From: Paraphysomonas bandaiensis
Taxonomy: Eukaryota; Protista; Chrysophyceae
NCBI GenBank assembly: GCA_965644295.1
Contig: CBFFRP010000123.1
Span: forward strand, 459,033-523,032
Reading direction: 5' to 3'
DNA: 64,000 nt
Position 1 is the stretch's first letter. Every line of letters starts with the position of its first letter. Below the pieces are notes generated by a model. That model was not told the origin of the DNA, did not search any database, and was given only the letters and a program-made list of their open reading frames with translations. Shown one piece after another: positions 50,516 to 63,940 of the stretch. A program made the position numbers and the translations under genes.

Positions 50516-51762
50516 CATCTAGGGCAATGATATCATCTACTTACACAAGTATCATTGTCCTAAGTACGTTCGTATAAATTGGTTGTAGCCTAATATATCC
50601 AAAGTATAGTCAGTGATAAACAATAATGTTGCAGTATGATGGATATGAGACCTCTATGAACTCATGAGTGAAAGTAGTCGGACACGTGCTATTTCGAAAA
50701 ATCAATTGCACTTATCGTTTGACTTACTATATTAAGGTGCTGAGGAAGAAAATGATTTTTAGTACATCCACGACATAACTTTCGTAACTATGCGAGTAGA
50801 ACTATGTTATGGGGGCATTTTCTAAGTGTGAACTCTCACGAAGATATGGTAGTCTTGCCTAATAGCAGTATATTACACTCATCTTCAATGAGGGAATAGA
50901 GTTAATTATGTTAAGATATGTCACAGTGCACCATACTGGTCCGTGTAGCAGAAAGAAAGTGGTATAACGCGACCCTGTAGACGCCATGCGCATGACACTT
51001 CTAGACTTCTTTAGTATAGATCCATGGACTTCAACACTTTCATACTTGACAGTACTACATGCAGCGGCTATTCTGCGAGTGTTGTGCTGGCTGGTCTGCT
51101 GAGATTTGATATGAACCACTGGTGTAGCAAATCCTTGGATATGATTGGCTGAATAAAAAAATCCTGTTTTCATTGCATTGAAGCTCCTTCTGCAGTTGTC
51201 CACACCAGGTTCAAGTGAAGGGAAAAACCCTCTGCACTGTCACCGCACATCGTTCTCATCAATGATTGATGGTGTGTTCTCATAGTAACTCGTGTATGGT
51301 GCCATCAATCAATGTTTGGAACTCGAAATATAATAGGGTGTCCCCAACAAGATTGAAAGAAGAATTGACGCTTCCCACCGGTAGATTCATTACACCATTC
51401 TAGGACATGCAAGAAGTGACGCAGTTTCCAATACAACGAGCTCTCCATAGGACGTTGCGATACTCAGACTTTCACCTTCTAGTGAACCGTGAAAATAGTC
51501 AACCAACGTATTGGCATCAGAAAATGTCAGATATGTGCGACACAATTAACGCAGACGATGTTGCAAGTAACATCATAATATACATTTTATTAAGTACATC
51601 AAATAACAAGGAACAGTAGACAGTTTTAAAGGAATATAAGTGTGCCTATAGAATTGTGTATGATATCATCGCATCTAACACAGTATAATACATCACCTAT
51701 ATTAGTACATGAATCATGCATTACAGCAAATAATGAATTGTGTTTTCCCCACTATAAGTAAT

Positions 51763-51823
51763 GTAGTGAATGTCTGATTATTTAGCAATAGGCGTTGAGA
51801 CCTTGCATCAATTAGTGGCTAGA
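51763..51823 (-). mobile_element. 61-bp extreme 5'-truncated insertion of the same LINE 3' end, 13-bp TSD CACTATAAGTAAT
   Basis: Reverse complement is identical to 41194-41254; TSD at 51750-51762 and 51824-51836. Confidence 0.9.
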
Positions 51824-52814
51824 CACTATAAGTAATACAGTGCTTTATGCGTTGCTTGTTTTTGTGTGTTTGATATGCGTAGATATATAGGGACTGGGGG
51901 GTGCCCCATGCTGAGAGCGTAACTAATCACTGCGTGCGGCCCTCTAGTGGGGGCTGCTGAGTGTTGCGATCGCGCACTTCTACCTATGTGTACACATGGC
52001 ATAGTTCAGCGGTTCCCCACCCGAATTCTCACTGCATATTCAGCGCTGAATACCGTGTGATAATGATGTAGCTAGTTGGGTTCAGTAGGTAGCTAGCAAA
52101 TAACGTATGGGACTTAAACAAGTATTAGTTAGGTACCCACCCGGTCCCCACCCGGATCTACCTAAGTACGCGCTCTATAGGCGTAACAATACGGTGCTTG
52201 AAGTACTTCATCGGGAGAGTTTTAACAATAATAATAATTCAGCCTTACAATCTCAGTCCATTGTACAACTATATGTATAATAGCCTTTTACTCTGTACTC
52301 TGCAGTACGCTTACTAATATTTACCATTCGGCCTGCAGGATTTACAGAAACTGGAAATTTGTGCGTCTAGAAGCGCAGTTGTTTCTAGACTCAAAACTTA
52401 TTTTTTGAAACAGAATAATGTGCAGTGAGCTCTCTACGTCTTCAGCGTGTATCAGGAAATAAATAAATGGATTTTACTTAAAAGATGCTGACAATCTGAC
52501 AATACCGTCACTATACTAAGTATTTGTATTTTTACCACAGGGTTATAGTGTACGCATTACGTATAGCAAATGACTTGATTGGTTGTATATGATATGAACC
52601 ATACACTAGATTACCGTAGGAACTGCAGCAATATTGTTATTCGTAACACGATATAATTTTTTATTGTGTCTATAGTTTGCCGTATCATTTACGTTAATGT
52701 ACACTGGTACTAACTAAAAATAACATGGAGTGGATACTCCTATACGTGATACACAAACACTATATGATAGCAAATATTAATCAACTTTGTCATATTGATT
52801 GAATTATCTTGGAG

Positions 52815-53014
52815 CACCAATTTCGGTGTAAAAGCCTAGTGAAATTATTAAATAATTCATTTTTTTGTATTCTTTAATTGGTGGCTTGGTGAATCCCATA
52901 AACACCTAGTCATTGTAACCTGAACGTAAGAATTATTTAAGGACTAGATTTTTAGCCCCTTGACTTCGGTTTTACACTATATTACACCAAATTGAGTAGG
53001 TCCAATAATAGATC
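52815..53014 (-). repeat. Partial diverged copy of the CTAGTCA MITE-like element
   Basis: Reverse complement begins GATCTATTATTGGACCT...TTGGTGTAA; the plus strand contains CCATAAACACCTAGTCATTG, matching 35419-35575 in reverse. Confidence 0.65.
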
Positions 53015-55722
53015 GACGATGATACGTGATTGACTTGTACTATGAGTTGACGCAATGGTGAGTTTGCCTACAAAATAATTGATTGATTTAGAAGACATAT
53101 TTCATGGGTGCAAGTAATGAATGAAGAACAATATATGGTATCTTGAACAATTATATTATACTATTGTAATATGTATTGCTTTGCCTTACTTAAGTTCCTG
53201 CAATGTCCTGATACAGATTAAAACGAGCTGTGCTCACCGATATGAACCTTGAAGTCTGATTAACTGATATTATCATTTGGTCGTTCTATATAATCACATA
53301 ATTTTAAGCACATATAAAATTCGATACACCACTAAGCAAAACTTCGTAATACCAAGACAATAGCGCCAGACAAGACACGACTCAGCCTCAAGACGTCTAC
53401 AGCTTCTCAATTAAACTTGCTAATATCCAAAGCATATTAGCGTAGCCGTAGGCTACACAGTCTATTATCGGAGTGCAGTCGTTGGTGTGAAGATAGGTGA
53501 ACAAGATTCCCGGATATGGAATATTATTGAGTAATATTTTACTCCAACTTCCAACCAGCTACATCACCAGTCATTCATAAAACTAGAAATCGACCCCAGT
53601 TACTCAGTCATCTAAAATGAATTCCGGAAGCTGTGGATATGTCTATTGCTCTCTCAGTCTTCAGCCCGCATATTGTCCGGTCCTTTTATAAGTATAGTTA
53701 CGTTGCTTCTATAAGAGTGATAAACTCTAAACTCTAGAGCATAGACGAAAAACACGTCAGCTATTTATTTCTATATTAATAAATACAAGTGTTTGTTCGG
53801 CCGAGCGGTGAAGGCGATAATGATACAGCTAATTGCTTCTTTCAACTCACCGCGGCAGAGACGAATACAAATCCATAAATTACATTTTTTCCCTTGAAAA
53901 CCAGACAAAAAATACTCTGTGGAGGTCGAAATCCAGCAAAAACGACCATATCTAGATATTGTTCAGACGAAGTCATTTTACTGAGAGCGAGTTGTGGAGT
54001 TGTTGTTGACCTATAAACAAGAAGACATAGCTATCATTGTGGTGGACTGAAGGATCGAATAATCCACATGATCAAACGAATTTTAGTTTTGGTGACGCCC
54101 CCGCATCGGTCGCTTTATTTTGCTCCCGCAATCTACTGGACTCCCACATGATATATCACAACGTTAGCTTTTTACGTCCCTGATACTATATACACATAAG
54201 TGTATACTCTGTTGCGAATAGTGAAATGGATTGTTGAGGATGAAAAATTCACTACCGCGCGATATTACCTCTCTATAACAGGAATCAGTGGTTACAACAT
54301 CATATTTCTCTTAGATAGAAAATATGCATCCAACCTTTCTTATTCTCTGATGCACAGGTATAGATATGCTCAATGCAACTTGATATAGACGGTAAACTAC
54401 TTCTGGTCAATCATGAAGTTTCAATACTTGAATATATCGACAAATTTTGGTATTTTTGCTTTCAACAAGGGCTGTTGGGTGCGTCACATCTTGCTGTTCC
54501 ATGTCTCATCTATGAAGGTAACTGCAGGAAACATGTAACAGATGCTGACATCGATAATATGACCTTGGTTTATGTTATGCTTGGATTTCTCTTCCTACTG
54601 CAGTTAGTGTTTCACAGTGTCATCTGTACTAATGGCTGCATATATCATGCTGATACGCTATTCTAGTTCATTGTTGCAGATAGTATTTCTCAATCACAAA
54701 CTAATTTAAATATTCAACAAAATGACGTTGCGACATTGGTTTTGTAGCCGTAGTTGTGGTTCATATTATTGCATTCTAGGCTCACAAATACAAACCAGCT
54801 CTGCAATGATATTATGTTGCACATACACTCTTTGCTGAACAGTTGGTAAATTTCTCAAATATAAAAGCTGAGGTGAACAAGAACAAATTTATAATATTTC
54901 TTTATTAGTATACTCTTTACTTCAAACATGAACTCAAATTAAATCATCAATACGCTTTATGCACTTTGATGTAGTAGTTTTTAGATAGAAAGTGGTGGGT
55001 ATCATGTAAGAAAGTAAGAACACATAATACTGGTAGATGGTGTCTGATGCAGTCTGATCTCTGCTGCTTGTCGCATTTATAGTTTTTTAAGTTGCTTGTT
55101 TTATAGTGACTCTGACACATTTTCCTTGCATCCAACGCGGTGAAATTTAAAACTGAAATTATACAGTTCTATTAATTTATATTATCTTCGAAAACCTAGA
55201 CTAGTATTAAAGTTTTATTTATCACATTCTATAGCTGTACATATATGAATAGCATGCATAATCTTCATACAGTTTGATTTGAAGGATTTGACACAAAGAT
55301 CACACATCTTATTTTTTGTTGTTCTTATTGTGGGTCTCACCTGATGTCTGTGCATGAAGTGTATGATCGCGTTTCCTTCATTTTTCGTCCAGTGAATTAA
55401 CTGTTGCTGTGAATTGGATATTGTGGGAGGCTATATGAATACCTGCCCCGTACAAGTATAGAAATATGTTTGCTCAAATGTTACTTGATGTGTCCGTGTG
55501 CTGTCCAGTGGGCATATCAACTGCAAGCACACGAATACAGAGACTACCGAGCAGAGACCACCAAATACAGACCTTCTATTGTTTCATATTCGCCAAAGAA
55601 ACTCTAGAGGCACTTCAGAGAGCCAATGAAAACTGCGGGTTTTGCTTAGAATTCCTGTAATTTCGCGTATTCTGTGTATGACCAGTATGGTATACGCAAG
55701 TGTAGTGATGACGAGTCGAGTA

Positions 55723-58700
55723 GGAAGGCAGGTATCTATTATGGCCGTTTTTTTTTGCACTTTTCAGATGCACTTAAAATAACACTCAATGCATGTCTGA
55801 TTGCAGTGAAAGCATCATTAGAAACGTAGTGATTTTACCCATATTTCATTCTAAGTGACGAACTGCACTCATAATCTGAATCTTTTGATATTCATCCTCA
55901 AAGTGAGCCCCTTAAGAGGTTTTTGACCTCATTTCAGTTTTTGGTTTTTCAAAATGGCCGTTTTTTCCCTCTCAGATGACTGCAAATCACAGTCACTTAA
56001 AATAAATTGGAGTATTTGGAGATGGTCATTGCTCATAGCGGCCATGTGGCGATACAGGTAGACTAAATTCATAGTGCTTGACACGATGGTGCTCTTACTT
56101 TCAACTGATTCGCAGTATTTATGGTGATAAGTTCTGGTTGGGGAAAGGGGTCGATTTAGATACGCCTGCACACCACACCTGCGAATGACCTCATCTGACC
56201 TGTAGATATACACTCAACTATTGCTCATTATATGCGCAATACTATCAGCACACTACTTTGAGTATATGCTCTCCTCTGCGGCATTGTGCATCACATTTCT
56301 GAAATAAGCGTGTGTTTAGATTAGCCAGACGATGACTATAATGCTGCACCTCTGGAGCGAAATGGAGGCTCTGGTGAATTGAGGAGGAAAGGGGGAGGAC
56401 TCTGGAGCTATTTAGGGCTCAGGGTGACGCCCGGATTGAAAGTTCACTATTCTACAGGGGTCAGGGTGAGGCATGTGGAACAGCACATGTAGACAGTGAA
56501 ATTCATTGCACGGGGCTCTGCACGCAGTGGAACGTAGAGGGATCCATGTTGACGCAGCCCACCAGTGATCCTTGGCCGAATGTTATTGGAACTGTGGATG
56601 TGGTCAAACCAACTGGCGCTTCCCCCGTCATGACTGATTGCTGTCCTAAACTTTTCAATGGTTGAACACCCAGACTCATAGTGGGTCGACTATTGATCCA
56701 TGGGACATAAGGTACCCCTCTTGAGGAACAGCGGGAGCTCAGCAACAGCTTGCACTGGATAAAGGGCAGAGGGAACCTGGCCACCTCAGTATTCATACGA
56801 TTCATAGTACTAAATCTTGCTTTCCAAATATATGTCATTGATGTCGAGTAGTATAGGAGCACTACAAGTGCTAGATTAACTAAATTATTATTTTGAATTG
56901 TTTTTTTCTCTTGTATATTCACTAATATATATTATTTCTACTACTTAATTTATATTATGTTACACCCATTGAGATTTACTTAAAATCGGATATTGACTAT
57001 GTAGTAGAGGGTGGCTTAGTTTGGTCAACAAGAAGAAGTATGTAGCCATCAGTGTTGAACTTTATTACTTTCATTCAACTCGTAATTAAATTCCACACTG
57101 GAGAAAGAAAATATTCAAAATCCAAAACAAAAAACGATGTTACGTAAAATCATACATACGACAGAGTTAAAGTAGATACGAATATGTACTGCTGGTTTGT
57201 GGTATGTATGCGTTGACTTTGCATGAGCTGAAGTGATTACAATTGTATGCACTTTATCATGCGAAACATCCAAAGAAAATAAAGGACCGACCAGAAGGTC
57301 AAAAGAAAATAAAGGACCAAGTGGGGTCAAAACAAAATAAGAGACTCGCAAGTACGCGATTAAATAGCAAGAAACCTACGCCGCATCGATTGGCTCTCGG
57401 TCTGATTCCGATACATAAACCTCCTCTCTCTCCCTCACCACTCCCCCGTGCAGCTGTCTCAACTTGTCAGACATCGGACCTTCGAGCTTGGCTATGAGGT
57501 AGGCCTTCGTGCCAACCTTTAGCTCAGGATCAATAGGAGTAGTTGCCTTAGGAAGGACATTTAGTGCTGCCCTCAGGGCATCATTATTGGCCGTGCGCCA
57601 GTCATATTGCTGGTCGCGCACACGGAGTAGAAGGGCATCCACGATCTCAACATGTCGGTGATATTCTTCCATCTGGCGGCGCTCCTTTTCGTCCTTACGG
57701 CGCTCTTTAGCCTGTCGCTCTTCCTCCCTCCGAGCCATGTAGGCCTCAATACGCTCGGCCGTTGACAGCACTGCACAGTGCCCCGTAGTGGTGTTGGGCA
57801 TACCACCCCTCTCGTCCCCCCCCCCCCCCTCCCCTTCTGCATCCTGACCCCTCACCTCATTCTCTAGGGCAACGTCCAATACACTTAACGCACCGCGGGG
57901 AATTGAGGCTTTCTTGTATCGGGCCTCCTCTGCCCTCGCTTGGGCCTGTTCACGTGCCGGAGCGAGAAAACTAGACTGGAAGAACTGTGCCGAAATACTA
58001 CTAATAAGCACGCAATAGTTAATATCCCCAGGCTTGACCTCCTGGTAACGAACCCGCTTCATATTTGGGTTCTCCTCGCTGGGCTCCATGAGAGCGACTG
58101 GTCTGGGTGCCGAAAGCACCGATGCCTTACGGTCCATGTCCCGTTCATCCACATCATACACACCAGAGATAATACTATTAGATGTCACTTTGTCTCTATG
58201 AACCTCGGCCACCTCCTCTCCCTCCAAGGGATCAACTAAAGGCCAAGTCAACGTCTTAGCAAAGGCATGCTTGATGCAACCAGGTAGCGTGGGGTCAGAG
58301 GTAAACTCTTTCCATGCCTGATTGATTATTTTGTTGAAGTGAAAAACAATCATAGGCTCTCCTGGGTTTCTGTGCTTCCACCAGGAAAAGCACCTCCGAT
58401 AGGCAGCTTTAAGCTTGGCATTGGGCCCGTTATCGATGGGGGCGTCATTAACAGAGTTGTTAGCACAGAGGAAATTGATATACACTTTATGAGAAATAGC
58501 GTGCCGGATAGAGTTGGGGTCAAAGTGTGAGCTATGTCCATCAATGTAGACCCACTTAGCCCTGCCTGACGCTGACATCTCCGATACAGCTATTCGAAAG
58601 GTATTCCGGTCAGCATATCCCGACGGAGTAGAATCCACATGAAACGTGGGGTCGAGGTTGAGGTGCAAATGTCCCCTCATCGCCTCGCCATCACCACCCT

Positions 58701-60125
58701 GGTGAATGATGATGGGTCTTGTTGTCGACCCATCCGGGCGAATACCATACAGAAGTGTTACCCAGAAGGATGTATGCTCACCGTGTCTTGCAGAGAATCG
58801 CCTTTCCCTCCGCTCCTGGAAGAGTTTGAAGGTAGGGAAGGCGTGCCCCCAAGGGTCGAAACCAATTTCGTCCCAGTTCTCGATATCCTCCAGGTCTGGC
58901 CCATAAGACGGGAAGATCCCTTTCTCTATACACTCCCTGAGATGCTGTATGAACTTACGGGCCATAGTACTCGCCCGTGTCGGGCAGGCCGCTGCTGCCC
59001 GCTTGTAGGAAAGGTCAGATTTCTTCGTCAAAGCGGGCAAACAATTTTCACCAAGGTCAAAAGTGCACGACTTGAGAAAGTTGTCTCGAATAAAGGTTTT
59101 ACTGCATTTTGCATGATCAAGGCGTACCGACTCCGGGGTGTCCTCGCCTCCATTGGCAGTGCGTATAGCACTGGCATGGGCGCGGCAATATTCCCTGGCT
59201 AGGGCTTGCATCTGGGCATTGCTATATCTGCACCAACAATTACAAATTGTACATTGTATGCCATCATACACATCATACACTTTCATGTACATACCCATAT
59301 CCAGCTTTATCTTGAAGGTCCATCTTCGTAGCCATTATATCCCGATCCGCAATGGAGTAGAGCAAAGCTTTAGGACCAGACAGGGAGTAATCCAGCTCCA
59401 TGATGGCCTCCCGCAACACAGAATGGTTCGTTGAATCGTTCCGAAACACATTGAACTCCTTCGTGGTGAGTCCATACAACTCCCTGATGGCGTTCATGTC
59501 CCGCCCCTGGGTGCGGATAGAGACACCGTACTCCGTGAGAACATATTCAGCGCTCTTGCCATCTATTACCCTGGCAATAAGTCCTGCCCTACGCTCCTCA
59601 ACGGTATATACTTTGTAGCCCCGTTTGACGTCTACCTCAGGGATATTAGCGATTGTGTTGAGAATCGCCCTTTCAGTCTTCATACTGGGGAAGCTGCTCG
59701 TCTCTTCCGGCAGATCCGGCAAAGACTCTAACACCAAATTAACCTCTCGCTTGTGAGGTACATTTCCTGGAAGCACACCATACTGCTTGGCATGCTTAAC
59801 CTCAACCAAAACATTTCTTTTTCCCAATGGGGGCAATGTGACTTCGTCCATACGACTGTCAGTATGAGTATGAGTGATTCGGGGTCGTTGTGGACGTCCT
59901 CGCATCATATTCGATCAATTCTGCATGAAAATCAGATCAGACAACGTCATCATGAGCAGTGATTTCTGTTTACTCTACCTGATACTAACTATATATAACT
60001 TAGTTCTTGTGTGCGTACGTGAGGATGGTTTATAGTAAGATTTAAGGTTGTTCTGATGTGATTCAACACATAAAAATCAGCCAATTCCGAAAAAGTAAAC
60101 CGGCCATTATAGGTACCTGCCTTCC
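55723..60125 (-). mobile_element. Full-length pogo-family (Tc1/mariner superfamily) DNA transposon, 4.4 kb
   Basis: TIR GGAAGGCAGGTAYCTATWATGGCCG at 55723 and (rc) ending at 60125; TA on both flanks; encodes a DDE_1 transposase. Confidence 0.9.
57376..59908 (-). CDS. pogo-like DDE_1 transposase, 2 exons (intron 59228-59294), ~821 aa
   Basis: Catalytic motifs NWDEIG, YIDGHSSH and APIDNGP..KLK, plus CIKHAFAKTLTWP; HTH-like N-terminal exon. The GT-AG intron restores the frame (DKAGYG-YSNAQM). Confidence 0.85.
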
Positions 60126-60270
60126 TAGTATGTTTGTGATGTGGATGGATATGATATCATATACACAGCAGTGCAGCACATACATATATATGCCATAGAA
60201 GGAGGTCCATGGTATATAGCATATAATCCTCTCGTGTTATGTTCTAGAAACTCGGTGCAAGAGATAAAGC

Positions 60271-61286
60271 ATGAAAACAACGAACACTCCCAAATCTGGC
60301 GGCCTGCTGCACTCATTGTACTGGACGTGTGTCGAGTGTGCACTGGCTGTGTTCTGCATTGTCTCGTTTATTATATCATGGTTTTCTTATCGAAATCGTA
60401 AAAAGAAACAGAAATCTAATTCTAAAGTTGTGAAAGCAGTGCCTCCAACATATAAGGCTGATAAAGACAAAGTCAGCATTATAATCGCCATAAAAAATGA
60501 GGCAAGATATATCGGCAGAACATTACGAAACTTAGAGTCCCACAACTATTGATAAGAGTAAAGTGGAAATAGTTTTAGTTGATTACGGGAGCAAAGATAA
60601 TACCCTAGACGTGGCTAAAGTAAGTATTCTTCTTTTCTGAGTCGAGTGACGCTATTAACATGTACTCTTTGGCAGGCGTCTGCAGGAGTCATCCCGATAG
60701 TATACGCTAAGTGTCGCGCACAATGCGGTAAGGAACATCACTTAATCTTGGTGCCGAAGCAGCGACTGGAGAAATATTGCTTTTTCTGCGTGCTGACTCT
60801 ATTGTACCCCCTGGCTATGACGAAACTATCCGCCGCGAGCTCTTCACTCCTACTGTTGCACTAACAGCTTTCCGATTTTCTTATGATACCAATTCAAGCA
60901 CATCTGTTGCCAACCGAGCACTGTATATAATTTCGCTTTATCACAACATGCTCGCTTCTATGTGTGTCGTTTGCCAAGAGGTTCAGGGTCTAGCGCTGCA
61001 GCTGCACCTTTAGAAGACACTAAGTACAATGCAGATATATTGTTAGAAGATGTCTCGTTTGTTGATGCGATTCGTTCGGACTGTTCAATGGTTCCGGCGA
61101 GATAAAAATTCTCGAGCGAGTATACTTTCATCAGCAGATGATATTCTTGCGATTAATGTGCTTAAGCACACTTTTCTGCACACTTTGGCGTTCATGTTGA
61201 GGTACCATATGAAGGCATCTGAAGATTTTGTGTACAGGTGGTGCTTTATACGCATACCGCGTATTCTACGGTTTGTAAAGTGCTAG
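60271..61286 (+). pseudogene. Membrane-anchored family-2 glycosyltransferase, frameshifted
   Basis: KVSIIIAIKNEARYIGRTLRNL, VEIVLVDYGSKDNTLDVA, SLNLGAEAATGEILLFLRADS, LEDV; frameshifts at ~60540, ~60732 and beyond; intron retained. Confidence 0.72.
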
Positions 61287-61890
61287 TTTTAATATTGTTC
61301 AACTGTTCAGCTGCAATTCTTGGCATATATGTTCTTGTATGCTGTTTCTGCAATAATTGATTGGCTTTAACCCAGAAGTCCAGTCCCACATGCAGTTATG
61401 CCGCCAATTGAAAATAATATCATTCAATATAATACGTGTACCACGCTTTGTCACTGTGCTATTAAAAATAGTTAATGGTTACGTAAGGTATTACTTTTAA
61501 GCATATTCTCCATAAATAGCTTTGTATGGCACATACAGCGCACAGTCAGTAAATACTACCACTTATGCATTACAGATTCGAAGAATCCTCCTCCGCTGCC
61601 TGTGTATGTATCTAGTATAATCCATTTGGTATAAGTACGTTGACATTTAGTTCCTGACTAGTGAGCTTAAGGCGCTGTGTATAGCTTAACAAATAGTAAG
61701 TACTTTTAGTAGTAACCTTATTGCGTACTAGCTTTCTTGCGGGCTAGTTGGCTAGTGTGATTGGCGTTGTTCAGTTCTACTGTGTGATACAACATATATT
61801 GTTCAGTTGAGATCAGTTAGTAGTGTGCAATAAGGGATATTTTGGAACTCATACGCAACAGATTTTTGAGTCCATAAGGTAAACAGCCCA

Positions 61891-62146
61891 GACGCTTGAC
61901 TTCAGCAGGCGGCTTACGGCCTAATACCCCGGATGCCCTTCAGGTGGGCCATTCCCGAATGCCTATTTAATTTTCAGGGCCCGAAGACATTTACAAAAAT
62001 GACACATATTAGTGCCCCTTGTACCACATAAGCATATGGCTCTAAGTGGGTAGAACGTAATCCGCTGACTATGTATGCGGAGAAATATCTCCGGTACTTA
62101 TCCCCCAGAACACCACGAAAAGGTGCGAGTCCGACTTTGTTGAGGG
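61891..62146 (-). mobile_element. Third (5'-portion) copy of the ribozyme-headed SINE-like family, J4/2-P2 segment deleted
   Basis: 62087-62146 is essentially identical to 38495-38553, followed by the same internal repeats. Lacks CTCACGTTAGTTTCCC. Confidence 0.85.
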
Positions 62147-62793
62147 GGGTAATTATATTTAAAAGGATGTATGCCTATATAAGATATAGAATTGCCTGGT
62201 GATTATATAAGCGATAAGCACATGTAACTGATGTTTATCAGGTCTTACATTAATAAGTTGTGAGTTATTGTTGTGTGCAGTGTGAAACAAAGCAAGACAA
62301 GGCTACGTATAGTGTATTATGTATAGCGAGGCTATCTCCAGCGTAATTTTGATGTGTAAATTGTAAATCACCTTACATGAAAAGCCAACGAATGAAAGAA
62401 ATGTATTTCTTGTGTTTGAAATCTTTCTAAGACTCGCTGCCTCACGAAAATTATTATCTTAAATTCTTTAAATGCATATATAATATATATACTGTATATC
62501 ACATGACAGAGAAGAAGGATGCATATTTTAATGACCAAAGAAGTAGAATTATTATGTTTTTCTCTATTATCCACTTCGATGTTGCCCAATCATTTTTATT
62601 TACTTATCGTAATTCGTGGTTCAGTAGTAATAAACATAAAACCTTACAGAATGATGGCATATTTTACAAAATTATTCATTCTTCAATGAAAAAACTACTC
62701 CAGTACCGAAACACCTAGAATATTTCAAATATAACATTACAAATTTAGCAGCGTTGGCGACTGCTCCAGCAGCCACAATACTCACAATTAGTT

Positions 62794-63940
62794 TCAGAAA
62801 TCTTCGTCGAAAGATATGACCTGCTGAGATGCTTCAACACCAACTCCACTCTTCGCATATTCAGAGACCCGTTTCTCAAAAAAATTCGTCTTTCCTTGAA
62901 GCGATATCATATCCATCCAGTCAAATGGATTATAAACATATTTTTTTTCACGGCCGAGATCCACTAAAAGACGGTGTGCAAAACTTTATGTACTGTGTCA
63001 TTAGGCGACTGTTCATGCCAATAAGCTCCACAGAAGAGCATCACTCACAAACTCAGACTCAATTTCAACTGCTTCGCCAATAATCTCATAAATTCGTTCT
63101 TGTGGTAGCTTATTGACTAGTTTGGAATAGAGAAGCACAGCGAAATCACAATGCATACCCTCGTCACGTGAAATCAGCTCATTAGAAAAGCAAAGTCCAG
63201 GCATCAAGCCCCGTTTTTTCAACCAGAATATAGCGCAAAATGATCCACTGAAAAATATCCCTTCCACTGATGCAAACGCGATAACCCTCTCGGCAAAGAA
63301 GCAGTGTCCCGATTGCACCACTTTAGGGCCCAGTTAGCCTTCTTTTGTACACAAGGGACAGTCTCAATGGCATTAAGAAGGTTCGCTTTTTCATTTATGT
63401 CACGCACGTATGTATCGATCAGTAGGGAGTAGACTTCAGAATGAATATTTTCGATAGCAATCTGAAATCCGTAGAAGCATCGTGCTTCAGACGACTGAAC
63501 CTCACTGGAAAAGTTCATTGCCAAATTCTCATTAACAATACCGTCAGATGCAGCGAAAAATGCAAGTACATGAGTGATAAAATGTCTCTCATTTCTAGTA
63601 AGATTAGCCCAGTCTTTATGATCACTGGCTAAGTCAATTCCTCCGCAGTCAGAAAAGACGCTTCTGCCTTCTTATACATGTCCCATATCTACAGTACACT
63701 GTCAACGAGAGCTTCTTGTAATCAAAAGTTGGCTTACATCTGTATGCTTGATTGGAAAGAGCACAAATCTACCCTTATCTTCCATTAGTAGTGGCTCCTT
63801 GGCTCCAACAGACCATTCATCTCAAGGGTCCTAAACTCTGACACTTTAGGGGATTCTCCTGGGAGCTGATCCTTAATCTCTAGGAAACTAACATCCCAAG
63901 AGTCATTTCGAGGCATATCACTTCTATCCATTGTAGTCAT
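62794..63940 (-). pseudogene. RNR2: Ribonucleotide reductase small subunit (RNR2/RRM2), frameshifted, intron retained
   Basis: [100 protein letters not shown]-terminal FDEDF*; several indels. Confidence 0.88.

Noticed and set aside
51889-52040. GC-rich patch with hairpin plus AACTAA, possibly another HDV-like ribozyme or tRNA-derived SINE
   Set aside because: Could not build P1-P3/L3, a cloverleaf, or A/B boxes.
50850-55700. Short ORFs in the gene-poor interval
   Set aside because: No domain motifs or consistent splice chains; likely old repeat debris.
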